Assembly: GCA_944389615.1 (NCBI GenBank) | Contig: CALXNA010000008.1 | Location: 16,194 to 80,193, forward strand | Origin: an uncultured Anaerobiospirillum sp. | Lineage (GTDB): Bacteria; Pseudomonadota; Gammaproteobacteria; Enterobacterales; Succinivibrionaceae | DNA: 64,000 nt | Reading direction: 5' to 3' | Part shown: in pieces, positions 24,663 to 35,159 of the stretch | Position numbering within the stretch: the first letter of the stretch is position 1 | Layout of the letters: the number at the start of each line of letters is the position of its first letter | Program-made: the position numbers and the translations under genes | Notes under the pieces: model-generated | Told to the model about the DNA's origin: nothing | What the model saw: the letters and a program-made list of their open reading frames with translations, nothing else | The model's database searches: none

Positions 24663-25032
24663 CGATAACTCCAGAGCGCTGCTTAAGTGGTTACAGGATC
24701 GGCCCTTTGGGAGGCACTTGAGCGCGCTTACAGTAATTGAGAAACGGAACGCTCGCTTCAGCACTGCGCCTCAGGCGAGGGGGCAAACAAGCCTAAGCGC
24801 CTAGTTAGCTCCGTTAAGACTTCCAACTAAGCTTCGGCCGGGCACCTAAGGAGGCTCACCGCGTAAGGTGGACGCCCTTAGATCGCGCAAAAACTGTGAA
24901 CGCAGGGCATAAGCCCAACGTAGTGACAGCCCTCAATTATATCGCCTTTTGGAACCATTTGTGAAGACGCCACGCCGTGGGGCTTGGCGCCGCCGCAGGC
25001 GTCTGCGGCCGCCGCCGCGGCCCTTGGGGCGT

Positions 25033-26217
25033 CTAAGCCTTGAGCTCGGAGAGCTTGCTGACGATGAAGCGGCTTAGGTTCTCACATAAGGTGGGCTGGG
25101 CACACAAGTGGCGTGCCCACGCCGTAAAGAGCGGGCCGCAGCGCTCGAGTAAGAGGGCGATAAAGTTGGGCTCAAGCAGCGGATCGGCGCCGTTGCACGC
25201 TTCGTTGTAGGAGAGCATGGTGGCGCGCAGCAGGGCCATACGCTCGGTGAGCTCTGGGATGGTGCCTTCGAGTGTGCGCTCCATGCAGTCTAAGAAGGCC
25301 TTGAGCTTGACGATATGAGCTTGCTCGTCTTGGGGGTAGATCTGCCATAAGAACGGATGGCCTGTGTGCATCGCGCGCACGATGCTGTCTTCGCCCCGGA
25401 CGAGGTTGATGGTGCTGGTAAGCAGCACTTGGTCATAACCCTGATGATCCGTCATGGGCACGATGGTGCAGGTGACTGAGCCCTGCGTCCAGCTCTCTCC
25501 AATTTGGAGATTTTGCTGATAGAGCCGGTTGAAGTTGTCTTGAGCAAGACCTGAGAAGACCTGAACCTGCCAGCGGCGGCCATCGCGCTCTAAAGCGCTG
25601 ATGAAGCGCGCCACTGCCGGATTGTCATAGCCAAAGAGACTGACGGTATAAGGTTCGGCGGGCGGTACAGTGTGCGCTTGGTCGAGCTGCGCTTGGTCAA
25701 GCTGTACTTGGTCGAGCTGTGCTTGGCATTGGGCGAGGAAGGCGCGATCGAGGTTGAGGCCGCCGGTGCGGGCGGTGAAGCCCGGGAAGAGGAAGTAGCA
25801 AGTTAGGCCGTCGGCTAAGGAGGGCAAGAGATGGCAGTCTTCGACCCAGCTTTCAGCGCTGAGGTACTCAAGATTGATGATGAGTGGGCGCCCGCCTTGC
25901 TGTTGGCTGCGCCGCAAGGCCGCTAGGGTTGTCGTATCAAAGCGGCAGCCGAAGGCTCCGATCACCACATCACTGGGCTCGTAGTGGTCAAGCGGCGCCT
26001 TCCATGGACAGAGGCTGAGATTGGGATTGGTGTAGTCTGCGGCATTGGCAATGGTGTGCATGACCGTGAGGTCGTCGCAAAACAGCCGCACCTGAAAGGC
26101 GCTCTCCTGCGTGCAAGCGCTCTCTTGCGTGCTGAGGTTGCGCCCAAGGTGGAGGCAGACTCCGGCGTCGCCGTAGTTATCGATGACGCGGCAGAAGATA
26201 TCAACAGTGATGGCCAT
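25033..26217 (-). CDS. earP: EF-P arginine rhamnosyltransferase EarP (DUF2331 family)
   Basis: N-terminal DIFCRVIDNYGDAGVC motif. It is adjacent to an Arg32-type efp. ATG at 26217 has a GAGGAG RBS. It contains a short QLDQ(A/V) tandem insertion. Confidence 0.8.
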   Translation of the reverse strand: MAITVDIFCRVIDNYGDAGVCLHLGRNLSTQESACTQESAFQVRLFCDDLTVMHTIANAADYTNPNLSLCPWKAPLDHYEPSDVVIGAFGCRFDTTTLAALRRSQQQGGRPLIINLEYLSAESWVEDCHLLPSLADGLTCYFLFPGFTARTGGLNLDRAFLAQCQAQLDQVQLDQAQLDQAHTVPPAEPYTVSLFGYDNPAVARFISALERDGRRWQVQVFSGLAQDNFNRLYQQNLQIGESWTQGSVTCTIVPMTDHQGYDQVLLTSTINLVRGEDSIVRAMHTGHPFLWQIYPQDEQAHIVKLKAFLDCMERTLEGTIPELTERMALLRATMLSYNEACNGADPLLEPNFIALLLERCGPLFTAWARHLCAQPTLCENLSRFIVSKLSELKA

Positions 26218-27132
26218 GACGGCTCCTCTCGTTCCTCGGTTGCACCCATTGTACCTGCTAACCAAAGCGGGGCGGGTTCTGTAGTGGTACTCTTAAGATA
26301 GTGGAGCACGCAGGCTCAGGACGGCTCTCGGGTCTTGGCACAAATTTGCGATCGCGGTGGCAGGTCTGCTTCTGGCTTGTAACTGGGGTCTGCCGCTTGA
26401 GCCTAGATAGCACCTGCGGCCTCCGTGGCTGGTAGAAGCTGGGGGTAAAACGTGATCGCGCTTGGAGTTGTGGTTAATTGAAGTGGATTTAGGAAGTGGA
26501 AATTTGGCGAGTTCGACCTAGCCCCGATTTGGCGGCGATCGTCGTCGCTCACCTTCTTTGTCAAGCGAAAAATTTAGAAAAATTATCAAGCATCTTTTGA
26601 CCGTTTGCCTACAATAAAGGAGTCGGCACGAGTTCTCGCGTGCACGAGAACCGCGACTGAAAGCCTGTATTTATGCCGGGGCGCGCGATCGCAGCTTGTG
26701 GGAAAAGTCCCTGTGAGGACAGCTCCCTACGACCGGCCGCTACAGGGGCGTTGTGGTATCTGTTACGACCAGCCCGGCACAGCCCATGCTGTGACAGGCG
26801 CCTGACGAAGACAACTTTAGTTCACCAACATAAGGCTGACTCAAAGCTGTTGTTACCTGCGTTTTGCTCGCAGGTAATGAAAGCAAGTCGGCTTTTGTTT
26901 GCGCTAAAGAAAGCTCAGCTCCCAAGGAGAAGCTCAAAGCCTCTGCATCTGAGCCTGCGGCTCAGTGCGTGCAGGGTGGGGCAGGAGCGTCGTCAGAGGG
27001 TTACAGCGACAACGCAGTTACAAGTTTTTGGGCGTCACTTGACGCCTTTGTTTTGTGTAGCAGTGACGGCCTGCGCCTTGGGGGCCGTGAACTGATGCAC
27101 AACCTAAGTAGCTAATGACTGGGGGATCGTGG

Positions 27133-29397
27133 ATGATCAGGTATATCGTTAAGCGTGACGGCCGTAAGGTAGCGTTCAATCGCATTAAGATTGCTAATGC
27201 GATCAAGAAGGCTTTGATGTCGGTGCATCCGGATGATGAGCTTTCTGAACAAGACCTGAAGTTGGTCGACAGCTTAACGTCGGAGGTGGTCGCTAAGATC
27301 ACCGAGCACGATGAGACTGCTCCTACCGTTGAGAGCATCCAAGATCTGATCGAGCGCGTCCTGATCAAGCACAACCTCTCCGATGAGGCCAAGAACTTCA
27401 TCTTGTACCGGCAGCAACGTACCAATGTGCGTACCTACAATGCCGAGCTGACCAAGATCTACCGCGACCTCACCTCGAAGTCCACCGATGACATGGACTT
27501 AAAGCGTGAGAACGCCAACATCGATGCCAATGCCCCGATGGGCTTGATGCTGCGCTTTGGCTCGGAAGGCTCCAAGGACTTCGTCAAGCGCTACGTCTTA
27601 AAGCCTGAGCACTCGATTGCTCACAGCAACGGTACGATCCACATCCACGATCTGGACTTCTACCTCCTGACCATCAACTGCTGCCAGATCAGCTTGCGCG
27701 ATCTGTTCCAGCGTGGCTTCTCGACCGGACACGGCTTCTTACGTGAGCCACAGTCGATTCAGTCGGCCGGTGCCTTATGCTGCATTGCCATTCAGTCGAA
27801 CCAAAATGACATGCACGGTGGTCAGTCCATCCCGATGTTTGAGTATGACTTGGCTCCATATGTGGTCAAGTCCTACAGCAAGCACCTGCGCAAGGTAATC
27901 CAAATCGTGCTGCGCGACGATGAGGTCGACCTCTCGGACTTAAAGGAAGCCATCGAGGCCATTTATAAGAAGAATGGCTCGGCCTTATCTGACGAGTCCC
28001 AAGCGGAGATCGCCCCATTAGTACGCGAGCTCTTAGCCACCAAGTTCTCGGGCCAAGAGTTAGAAGAGAACGTCAGCTACGCCCTCTCGGAGGCTTATAA
28101 GCTCACCAATCGTGAGACTTATCAGTCGATGGAGGCGGTAATCCACAACCTCAACTCGATGCAGAGCCGCGCCGGTGCCCAGGTGCCGTTCTCGTCGATC
28201 AACTACGGTACTGGTACCACCCCAGAGCAGCGCATGATCATGAAGAATGTGCTGCTGGCCACCGATGCTGGTTTAGGCGGTGGTGAGACCCCAATTTTCC
28301 CGGTACAGGTCTTCAAGGTTAAGGATGGCATCAACACCAAGGAAGGCGATCCAAACTACGATCTGTTCCGTTTAGCTTGCCAAGTCAGCGCCAAGCGCCT
28401 CTTCCCGAACTTCTCGTTCTTGGATGCGCCGTTTAACATGCAGTACTACGTCCCGGGCCGTCCGGAGACGGAGGTGGCGGTCATGGGCTGCCGTACCCGT
28501 GTCTTTGGCAACGACTACGACAAGACCAAGCAGATTATCCCAGGGCGTGGTAACTTATCGTTCACCACGGTCAACCTGCCGCGCCTCGCCATCGAGGCCC
28601 ATGGCTCGATCAGCAAGTTCTACGACAGCCTCTATCGCGTCGTCAACATGGTCTTTGAGCAGCTGTTAGACCGCTTTGAGATCATCGCCGAGAAGCATGT
28701 ATATAACTACCCATTCTTGATGGGCCAAGGCGTGTGGATCGACTCCTATCGCCTGCACTGGGACGATAAGATCCGCGATGTGATCAAGAACGGCTCCCTA
28801 TCGGTGGGCTTCATTGGCTTAGCTGAGGCCTTGGTCGCCTTAGTAGGCAAGCACCACGGTGAGAGCGAGCAGGCTTGGAACTTAGGCCTTGAGATCATCC
28901 GCCACATGCGCGCTTTAACTGACGCGCAGACCAAGAAGACCGGCCTGAACTTCTCCTTATTCTCGACGCCAGCTGAGGGCTTATCAGGTCGCTTCGTCAA
29001 GATCGACCGCAAGATCTACGGCGAGCTCCCGGGCATCACCGATCGCGCCTACTACACCAACAGCTTCCACGTTCCGGTTTACTACAACATCTCGGCGGCC
29101 GATAAGATCCGCTTAGAGGGCCCATTCCACGAGCTGTGCAATGCCGGCGCGATCTCCTACGTCGAGATGGATGGCGACCTCAACAAGAACATCGATGCCT
29201 TTGAGAAGGTCATCTTATACATGCGCGACTGCGGCATCGGCTACGGTTCGATCAACCACCCAGTAGATCGTTGCCCAGTCTGCGGCTACGTCGGTGTGAT
29301 CAACGATGTCTGCCCTAAGTGCGGCCGTAAGGACGGCGAGGGCGTCAGCATCGAGCGCTTAAGCAAGTTAGGCGTAGATTGCATCTGCCGCGGCTAA
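27133..29397 (+). CDS. nrdD: Anaerobic ribonucleoside-triphosphate reductase large chain, lacking its own glycyl-radical motif
   Basis: ATP-cone (IVKRDGRKVAFNRIKIANAIKKA), conserved class III RNR core and a C-terminal Zn ribbon (CPVCGY...CPKCG). The ORF stops at ...GEGVSIERLSKLGVDCICRG without an RVxGY motif. Confidence 0.9.
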   Translation: MIRYIVKRDGRKVAFNRIKIANAIKKALMSVHPDDELSEQDLKLVDSLTSEVVAKITEHDETAPTVESIQDLIERVLIKHNLSDEAKNFILYRQQRTNVRTYNAELTKIYRDLTSKSTDDMDLKRENANIDANAPMGLMLRFGSEGSKDFVKRYVLKPEHSIAHSNGTIHIHDLDFYLLTINCCQISLRDLFQRGFSTGHGFLREPQSIQSAGALCCIAIQSNQNDMHGGQSIPMFEYDLAPYVVKSYSKHLRKVIQIVLRDDEVDLSDLKEAIEAIYKKNGSALSDESQAEIAPLVRELLATKFSGQELEENVSYALSEAYKLTNRETYQSMEAVIHNLNSMQSRAGAQVPFSSINYGTGTTPEQRMIMKNVLLATDAGLGGGETPIFPVQVFKVKDGINTKEGDPNYDLFRLACQVSAKRLFPNFSFLDAPFNMQYYVPGRPETEVAVMGCRTRVFGNDYDKTKQIIPGRGNLSFTTVNLPRLAIEAHGSISKFYDSLYRVVNMVFEQLLDRFEIIAEKHVYNYPFLMGQGVWIDSYRLHWDDKIRDVIKNGSLSVGFIGLAEALVALVGKHHGESEQAWNLGLEIIRHMRALTDAQTKKTGLNFSLFSTPAEGLSGRFVKIDRKIYGELPGITDRAYYTNSFHVPVYYNISAADKIRLEGPFHELCNAGAISYVEMDGDLNKNIDAFEKVILYMRDCGIGYGSINHPVDRCPVCGYVGVINDVCPKCGRKDGEGVSIERLSKLGVDCICRG

Positions 29398-29530
29398 CCC
29401 ATTAAGGGCCACTTTAGGTGGCACGCACCCCAAGGTGCACTTGCTTTGTGACGGTGAGCCTGCGTTATTAGGTGGCGCGGGCTGACCTAAGCGCAGCGGC
29501 CTTCAGCTGCTGCAAGAGTGGAGACTTCAA

Positions 29531-29689
29531 ATGGTAACCAGATTACATGCTCGTAATGGTATCGTCGGTGAGGGTGTTAAGTTCGAGCGCATTCGTCGCG
29601 TCACGGGCTACCTCGTCGGAACCTTAGATCGTTTCAACAATGCCAAGCGTGCCGAAGAGCACGATCGCGTCAAGCACATGCATGTCTAA
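29531..29689 (+). CDS. Small ORF (52 aa) encoding the class III RNR glycyl-radical segment
   Basis: Hand translation gives MVTRLHARNGIVGEGVKFERIRRVTGYLVGTLDRFNNAKRAEEHDRVKHMHV. RRVTGYLVG matches the NrdD glycyl-radical motif (E. coli RRVCGYLG). A GGAGA sequence lies ~7 nt upstream of the ATG. It falls below the ORF-track length cutoff. Confidence 0.55.
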   Translation: MVTRLHARNGIVGEGVKFERIRRVTGYLVGTLDRFNNAKRAEEHDRVKHMHV

Positions 29690-29731
29690 GCACGCGTAGC
29701 GCTTGGCAGTCAGCGTAAAGTTGACTTCCCC

Positions 29732-29764
29732 TGAGGCCCCGTTTGGGGCCTCACGTATTTTGGG
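29732..29764 (+). terminator. Hairpin plus T-rich tail between the small nrdD-related ORF and nrdG (terminator or attenuator candidate)
   Basis: tgaggcccc-gttt-ggggcctca followed by cgtattttggg. Confidence 0.4.
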
Positions 29765-29921
29765 CGCACCCAGCCCGCGCGTGGCGCAGGCTGCACGCCC
29801 ACGCCGAGCGGCGGTACGCCGCAGCAAGTGAGAAAAATTCAAGTTTGTGTCACGGCAGGCAAAGCGACGGGATGCTTTTGGGTATCATTAGGGCCACAGA
29901 TTTTTACCTAAGGAGCTAGAG

Positions 29922-30449
29922 ATGAGTCCCGAGCTTAAGCTGTTAGAGAACACCACGCTACGCATTGCGGGCGCCGTTGAAGAGTCGATCGTCGATGGCC
30001 CGGGTATTCGCTACACCATCTTTACCCAAGGCTGCCCCTTCCGCTGCAAGGGCTGCCACAATCCCCAATCCCAGCCGTTAACCGGGGGCATGGAAGTCAA
30101 ACTTATTGCCCTGTACCACGAGCTCAAGAAGAATCCGCTCGTCACCGGCGTCACCTTCTCTGGCGGTGAGCCCTTTATCCAAGCCCGCGCTTTGTCCGTG
30201 ATGGCGCGTATCTTACGAGCCGAGGGCTATTCTTTGTGGTCGTACACCGGCTATGTCTTTGAGAAGCTGCTGCAAGATGACATTTGCATGGAGCTGCTCA
30301 AGGAGCTCGACGTGGTCGTAGACGGGCCTTTTGTCCAAGCCAAGGCCAGCATGGACATCGATTTCCGCGGCTCGACCAACCAGCGTATCATTGACGTACA
30401 AAAGTCGTTGCAGCAAGACAAAGTGGTCTTGGCCGAGGGCTTCAAATAA
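29922..30449 (+). CDS. nrdG: Anaerobic ribonucleotide reductase activating protein (radical SAM)
   Basis: CPFRCKGCHN cluster motif, GGEP motif, AAGGAG RBS. Confidence 0.9.
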   Translation: MSPELKLLENTTLRIAGAVEESIVDGPGIRYTIFTQGCPFRCKGCHNPQSQPLTGGMEVKLIALYHELKKNPLVTGVTFSGGEPFIQARALSVMARILRAEGYSLWSYTGYVFEKLLQDDICMELLKELDVVVDGPFVQAKASMDIDFRGSTNQRIIDVQKSLQQDKVVLAEGFK

Positions 30450-30563
30450 CACTTTGTGCGAGCGCTCCCACGATCTGCGCGTGCGCACATTGCGTCAGCG
30501 CCCTAAGCCCGGTAGGCTGGCACCACGCGCAGAATAGACTGCGCCGGGGTAAAGAGAGGGGTC

Positions 30564-32150
30564 ATGACCAACACAGAGCGGCAGCTGCAGGAGCTGCCCA
30601 AGGAGTTGCCCAAGGTGCCATCGGCGGCCGCATCTCAGAGCGCGCCCGAGGCTGCGCCTGAGGCGCCCAGCGCCCAGCACACGCCGCGTGCTGCGCTGCG
30701 CACCGCTGCGCTATCGCGCTCCAGTAAGCAGCTGTGTCGCTCGTGCGATTTAGTCTTTGCTATGCCGCCCTATCGCAAGGGCGTGAAGGCGGTCTGCCCG
30801 TGCTGCCATACCCAGCAGCGCTCGGGCTATAAGGTCTCGCTCTATGACCTTGCGGTCATTTCCATCGCCTCGGTCATCATGCTCTTTACCGCGCTGACGC
30901 TGCCCTTTTTGAGCATTGCAGCGCTGGGTATCTCCCAGTCGATGTCGCTGGTGTCGATCTTCTACGTACTCCACGACAACTGGTCTTTACTCCTCTACAT
31001 CTGCCTGCTTTTTACCTTCCTCTTCCCCTTGGGCATGCACCTCATCGTAATCGCCCACGTCTTCTTGCGCCTGAAGATCACGCCCCTCATCGCCAACCTC
31101 TACAGCTTTTGCTACCGCTTTGCCATGGTCGATGTCTTTATCTTGGGCGTACTGGTGAGCTTGGTCAAGCTGGTGGGCTTGGCCGAAGTCAGCTTTCATG
31201 TCGGCTTCTTTAGTGCCATGGTCTTTGCCGGGCTGATGATCTGGTGCTATCGCCACGGCAGCCCCTATCGCATCTGGGAGCTGGTGCAAGCACACACCAG
31301 CGCAGGTCTTGAACAGGCGCGCATCGGCGTGCGCGGCATGGAGCAAGGACTTATCATGTGCCGCCATTGCGGCATGGTCTATCAGCGGCAGCGCCGCATC
31401 CAGCGCGCGTCGCTCGCTGCCGGAATGCAGCTTGCGACGGGTGCCCAGCCGTGCCCGCGCTGTGGCAGCAGCAATGACAATCGGGCGCGTCACTGCGGTC
31501 AAAAGACGGTCGCGCTGCTCTTGACCGCACTCATCCTCTATGTGCCCAGCAACGTCTATCCCATCATGTTCACGAGTTACCTTGGCAGCAACTTGGGCTC
31601 GAACATCATCGATGGTGTCATTTCGCTCTGGGGCATGGGCTCGTACTTCGTGGCTCTGGTGATCTTGGTGGCTTCGATCTGCATTCCGGTGATCAAGATC
31701 TTATGCCTCATCGTCCTCTTGGTCTTTGCCTACCTGCGCCCGGCGCAGCGCCCGAGCAAGCTCAACAAGCTCTATCACCTCGTGCTCTTTATCGGCCGCT
31801 GGTCGATGATCGACGTGTTTGTGGTGATTATCATGTCGACGGTGGTACGCATTACCGGTATTATCACCATTGAGCCGGGTATCGCCATCTTGTTCTTTTG
31901 CGGAGTGGTGCTCATTACCATGCTCGCCGCCGATGAGTTCGATGAGCGCCTCATCTGGGATAATCTACGGCAGCGCCAAGGAACAGGCTCCAGCGCCGTG
32001 CCGCAGACAGCAGCACCTGATCGGACAGCATCCGCTCCAGTGCAGGCCGCGTCCGCAGCACCCGCCCCTGAGGCCGCCCTGCTGACTTCCTATCTGCGTC
32101 TGCAGGCTCTGGGGAAGCATCCTAAGGCGACCCCGCCCGCGGAGAGTTAG
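30564..32150 (+). CDS. pqiA: Paraquat-inducible protein A-like inner-membrane protein (two PqiA repeats)
   Basis: Two CxxC...CxxC modules, each followed by TM clusters. pqiB and pqiC follow. Confidence 0.8.
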   Translation: MTNTERQLQELPKELPKVPSAAASQSAPEAAPEAPSAQHTPRAALRTAALSRSSKQLCRSCDLVFAMPPYRKGVKAVCPCCHTQQRSGYKVSLYDLAVISIASVIMLFTALTLPFLSIAALGISQSMSLVSIFYVLHDNWSLLLYICLLFTFLFPLGMHLIVIAHVFLRLKITPLIANLYSFCYRFAMVDVFILGVLVSLVKLVGLAEVSFHVGFFSAMVFAGLMIWCYRHGSPYRIWELVQAHTSAGLEQARIGVRGMEQGLIMCRHCGMVYQRQRRIQRASLAAGMQLATGAQPCPRCGSSNDNRARHCGQKTVALLLTALILYVPSNVYPIMFTSYLGSNLGSNIIDGVISLWGMGSYFVALVILVASICIPVIKILCLIVLLVFAYLRPAQRPSKLNKLYHLVLFIGRWSMIDVFVVIIMSTVVRITGIITIEPGIAILFFCGVVLITMLAADEFDERLIWDNLRQRQGTGSSAVPQTAAPDRTASAPVQAASAAPAPEAALLTSYLRLQALGKHPKATPPAES

Positions 32151-32250
32151 GGCGGCGCGAGAGTGATGGTGACCGCGCGAGTTGGAGCGTCTGTGGAGAG
32201 TTGCACCCGCAGAAAGTTGGGCAGGCAGGCTAATTTTGTGAGAGAAGATC

Positions 32251-33969
32251 ATGGCAAGCAGTGATAATCAAGCATCGAAGGCCGCGACGCCGCCGGAGCG
32301 CAGCGTCGCGGCACGCTCCGCCACGGCAAGCGGCGCTACCGGGGCGCTCGAGCGCAAGGCCGGGCGCTTCTCGCTCATTTGGGTGGTGCCGCTGATTGCT
32401 TTGATCATCTCGGGCATCCTGCTGTGGAATAGCAAGCTCAACAATGGCCCGACCATCACCATTACCACCAATAGCGCCCAAGGCATCGAAGAGGGCAAGA
32501 CCTTGGTGAAGATGCGCTCGGTGACCGTGGGCGTGGTGAAGGATGTGACCATCTCCTCGGACTACCAAAACATTGTCTTAACAGTACAGATGGATCAGGG
32601 CACGGACGACATGCTGCGCTCGGATACCAAGTTTTGGGTGGTCAAGCCGCGCATTGAGAACACGGGCGTCTCGGGCCTTGATACCCTGCTCTCCGGCTCG
32701 TACATCGAGCTTAATATGGGCTCGCAGAGCACCTACAGCACGGATTTTGTGGCCTTAGATGAGCCGCCGGTGCGCCAAAGCGGCGAGCGTGGTCTGATGC
32801 TGACCTTGGTGTCCTCAGACTCGCGCAAGCTCGGCAACGGCGATGTCGTGACCTTCCGCGGCTTTGAGGTTGGCGCGGTCACCGATACCTATCTTGATGT
32901 TGAGACGCAGCTCATCAACTACCAGATCTTCGTGCGTGAGCCTTACGCTCAGCTTATTACCAGCAACACCGCCTTTTGGATTAGCTCAGGGGTCGAGCTC
33001 AACATCAGCACTTCCGGCCTCTCCTTTTACTCGGAGTCGCTTGATAACATCATTGTCGGCGGCATCTCCTTTGATAACTTCATTACGGCCAATGCCGATA
33101 ACACGCCGGAGGTCATAGAGGATGGCGCGACCTATACCCTCTACACCAAGCGTGAGGATGCACGTCTCGCTTCGCTCGAAGGCTCCTTACTCTATGTCGT
33201 GCTGCTCGAGGATTCGATCTACTCCATCGCTCCGGGCGCGGCCGTCATGTACCGCGGCGTCAAGGTAGGCGAAGTGGTCAAAGCGCCGTGGTTAAAAGAG
33301 CAAAGCGCGGTCTTTACTAGCCACGCCCTGCCGGTCTTGATCGCCATTGACCGCACCACCGAGAACCAAGAGCAGATTGAAGCCATTCTCAATGGCATGC
33401 TCAAAGATCACGCCCTGTGCGCTCAGGTGGGCTCCTCTAACATGGTCTTTAGTAATAACATCATTGAGCTCAAGTACGACCCGCAGCGCCAATGTCAGCT
33501 CCCTGAGGCGCTGGTCGCTCACAGTGGCAGCGTGCTCGGGCCTGACGGCCTCATCGCCTACCGCGATTTCAACGTGATCCCGCTCATTGCTACGCAGTCG
33601 CTGACCACGCAGATCGACGCCTTTCTGGCCAAGCTCAACGAGCTGGATTTAGCCAGACTCACCTCGGACTTGCAGCAGAGCCTGCAATCGATCACCGCAG
33701 CGATGAATGCCTTCGCGGTTAGCAACACCATGATGGATCGTACCCAAGTGATCGCCAAGCTTGCCGAGGCCTTCAACAACTTCAACGATACGGTCAAAGG
33801 CTATGGCCCGAATACGCCGCTCTACGATGGCTTGATGCAAAATCTCAAGAACATCGAGCAGCTACTTCAAGACATCGCCCCAGCCGCAAGCGAAGTGGGC
33901 CAAAGCCCGACCAGCCTGATCTTCGGAGCGCCGGACGATCCGATCCCGCGCGCGCCGCGCCAGCAATAA
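32251..33969 (+). CDS. pqiB: Multi-MCE-domain protein PqiB
   Basis: N-terminal anchor (FSLIWVVPLIALIISGILLW) followed by repeated MCE-like modules (G..V.Y.GV.VG.V). Confidence 0.85.
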   Translation: MASSDNQASKAATPPERSVAARSATASGATGALERKAGRFSLIWVVPLIALIISGILLWNSKLNNGPTITITTNSAQGIEEGKTLVKMRSVTVGVVKDVTISSDYQNIVLTVQMDQGTDDMLRSDTKFWVVKPRIENTGVSGLDTLLSGSYIELNMGSQSTYSTDFVALDEPPVRQSGERGLMLTLVSSDSRKLGNGDVVTFRGFEVGAVTDTYLDVETQLINYQIFVREPYAQLITSNTAFWISSGVELNISTSGLSFYSESLDNIIVGGISFDNFITANADNTPEVIEDGATYTLYTKREDARLASLEGSLLYVVLLEDSIYSIAPGAAVMYRGVKVGEVVKAPWLKEQSAVFTSHALPVLIAIDRTTENQEQIEAILNGMLKDHALCAQVGSSNMVFSNNIIELKYDPQRQCQLPEALVAHSGSVLGPDGLIAYRDFNVIPLIATQSLTTQIDAFLAKLNELDLARLTSDLQQSLQSITAAMNAFAVSNTMMDRTQVIAKLAEAFNNFNDTVKGYGPNTPLYDGLMQNLKNIEQLLQDIAPAASEVGQSPTSLIFGAPDDPIPRAPRQQ

Positions 33970-34018
33970 CCATATGAGGCCAAGCAGGGCATCACACAAA
34001 GGGCATAAGGAGGCAACC

Positions 34019-34621
34019 ATGGATCACAACAATCTGCGCCCGGGGCGGGCGCTGCTGCTCGGCATTATGGGCGCGCTGGCGCTCAGTGGCTGCATGAGCG
34101 CCGGTGAGGTTAACTTCGAGCGCTTTACCTTGACCCAAGACGTCCAGCCTGAGGCCTATTTGCATAACTACGACATCAAGCTGGACTTAGCGCCGATCTT
34201 AGACCAAGGCGGCGTGGTCATGCAGATGTCTGAGGTCACGCTGCGCCCGGCCAAAAACTTTCGCTACAGCTCAAGCCTCAGCGATGAGCTCAGTCTCCTG
34301 CTCAGCGATGAGCTCTTAAAGGCTAAGGCGCCGCAGAACTTAAGCTATGAGGCCTACGTGGCCAAGTTCCAAGGCACGGCCGAGGGCCAAGCCCTCGTCA
34401 CGGTCGCCTTTAAGGTCAGAAAGCGCCCCGATCCGATCACGCCGTTTACGCCGATCAATCAGGGCAAGGCCCCGCCGCAACCGCCAGAGCTCTTTGCTCA
34501 GACCTACGAGCACAACAGCACTCTCACCGCCGATGGCTACAGCGTCTTAGTGCTGGCCTTAAAGGCCAACTTCCGCGCTGCCGCGCACAGCTTTGCGCAA
34601 GACCTCAAAGCCCGCCTCTAG
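34019..34621 (+). CDS. pqiC: PqiC/YmbA-like lipoprotein
   Basis: ATG at 34019 with an AAGGAGG RBS, lipobox ALALSGC, and a position immediately after pqiB. Confidence 0.7.
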   Translation: MDHNNLRPGRALLLGIMGALALSGCMSAGEVNFERFTLTQDVQPEAYLHNYDIKLDLAPILDQGGVVMQMSEVTLRPAKNFRYSSSLSDELSLLLSDELLKAKAPQNLSYEAYVAKFQGTAEGQALVTVAFKVRKRPDPITPFTPINQGKAPPQPPELFAQTYEHNSTLTADGYSVLVLALKANFRAAAHSFAQDLKARL

Positions 34622-35159
34622 TGCGCCATGCCGCAGCAAGGCTGGACAGCAGCGCCTAAAGGCCAGAACCAAGGCGCTGCCTTGGGGTTCAGCCGCAGCA
34701 CCTGCCTTTCCCTTAGAGACCCAACGCAGTTGCCCGCAGGTGGGGCGGCAAGCGGCGAGCGTAGCCGCTCTAGAGTCGGCCCAGTTACTCGCTCCGGCGG
34801 ATGGACGACTCTCGAGAACGCATAGGCCGCTCTGGGTGGCCCTCACCGTGCTTGCCGCCAAGCCCTGCGTCCCTCTTCTAGCGCTCCAGAGGCGCATACC
34901 TCTCTCTTTGACGCCCTCAACGCAGCTGATGCCGCATTGCCTGCGGCGGGCGCGCTCTGCCTCACCTTCTGGTTCCGCACCGAAAGTCCTCTTTGCGGCT
35001 CTTTTGCCGTGCCTCACCGCCTCCTCCGAGGAGTTGTGACATTAGCCCATAAAAGTACGGGATCGCAGCAACCGATCTGTATTTGCGCTCATGGGCTTGA
35101 CTACGCCCTGTGCCAATTTTGGGGACAATGTCCAAAAATACACTATTTTAACCAATAAG

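Noticed and set aside
26300-27132. FNR or NrdR operator upstream of nrdD.
   Set aside because: I found only an ATCAA half-site (~26585) upstream of a TACAAT box (~26610). There is no convincing TTGAT-N4-ATCAA and no NrdR-box palindrome, so this is too weak to call.
29359-29590. Group I or group II intron interrupting nrdD, by analogy with phage T4 nrdD.
   Set aside because: The segment is only ~230 nt. Within the ambiguous 8-nt junction no boundary gives the group I rule (5' exon ending in U with intron ending in G), and there are no group II GUGYG...AY ends. The downstream piece has its own SD and ATG. An insertion or duplication, or a genuine two-ORF arrangement, fits better. Splicing is not formally excluded without RNA data.
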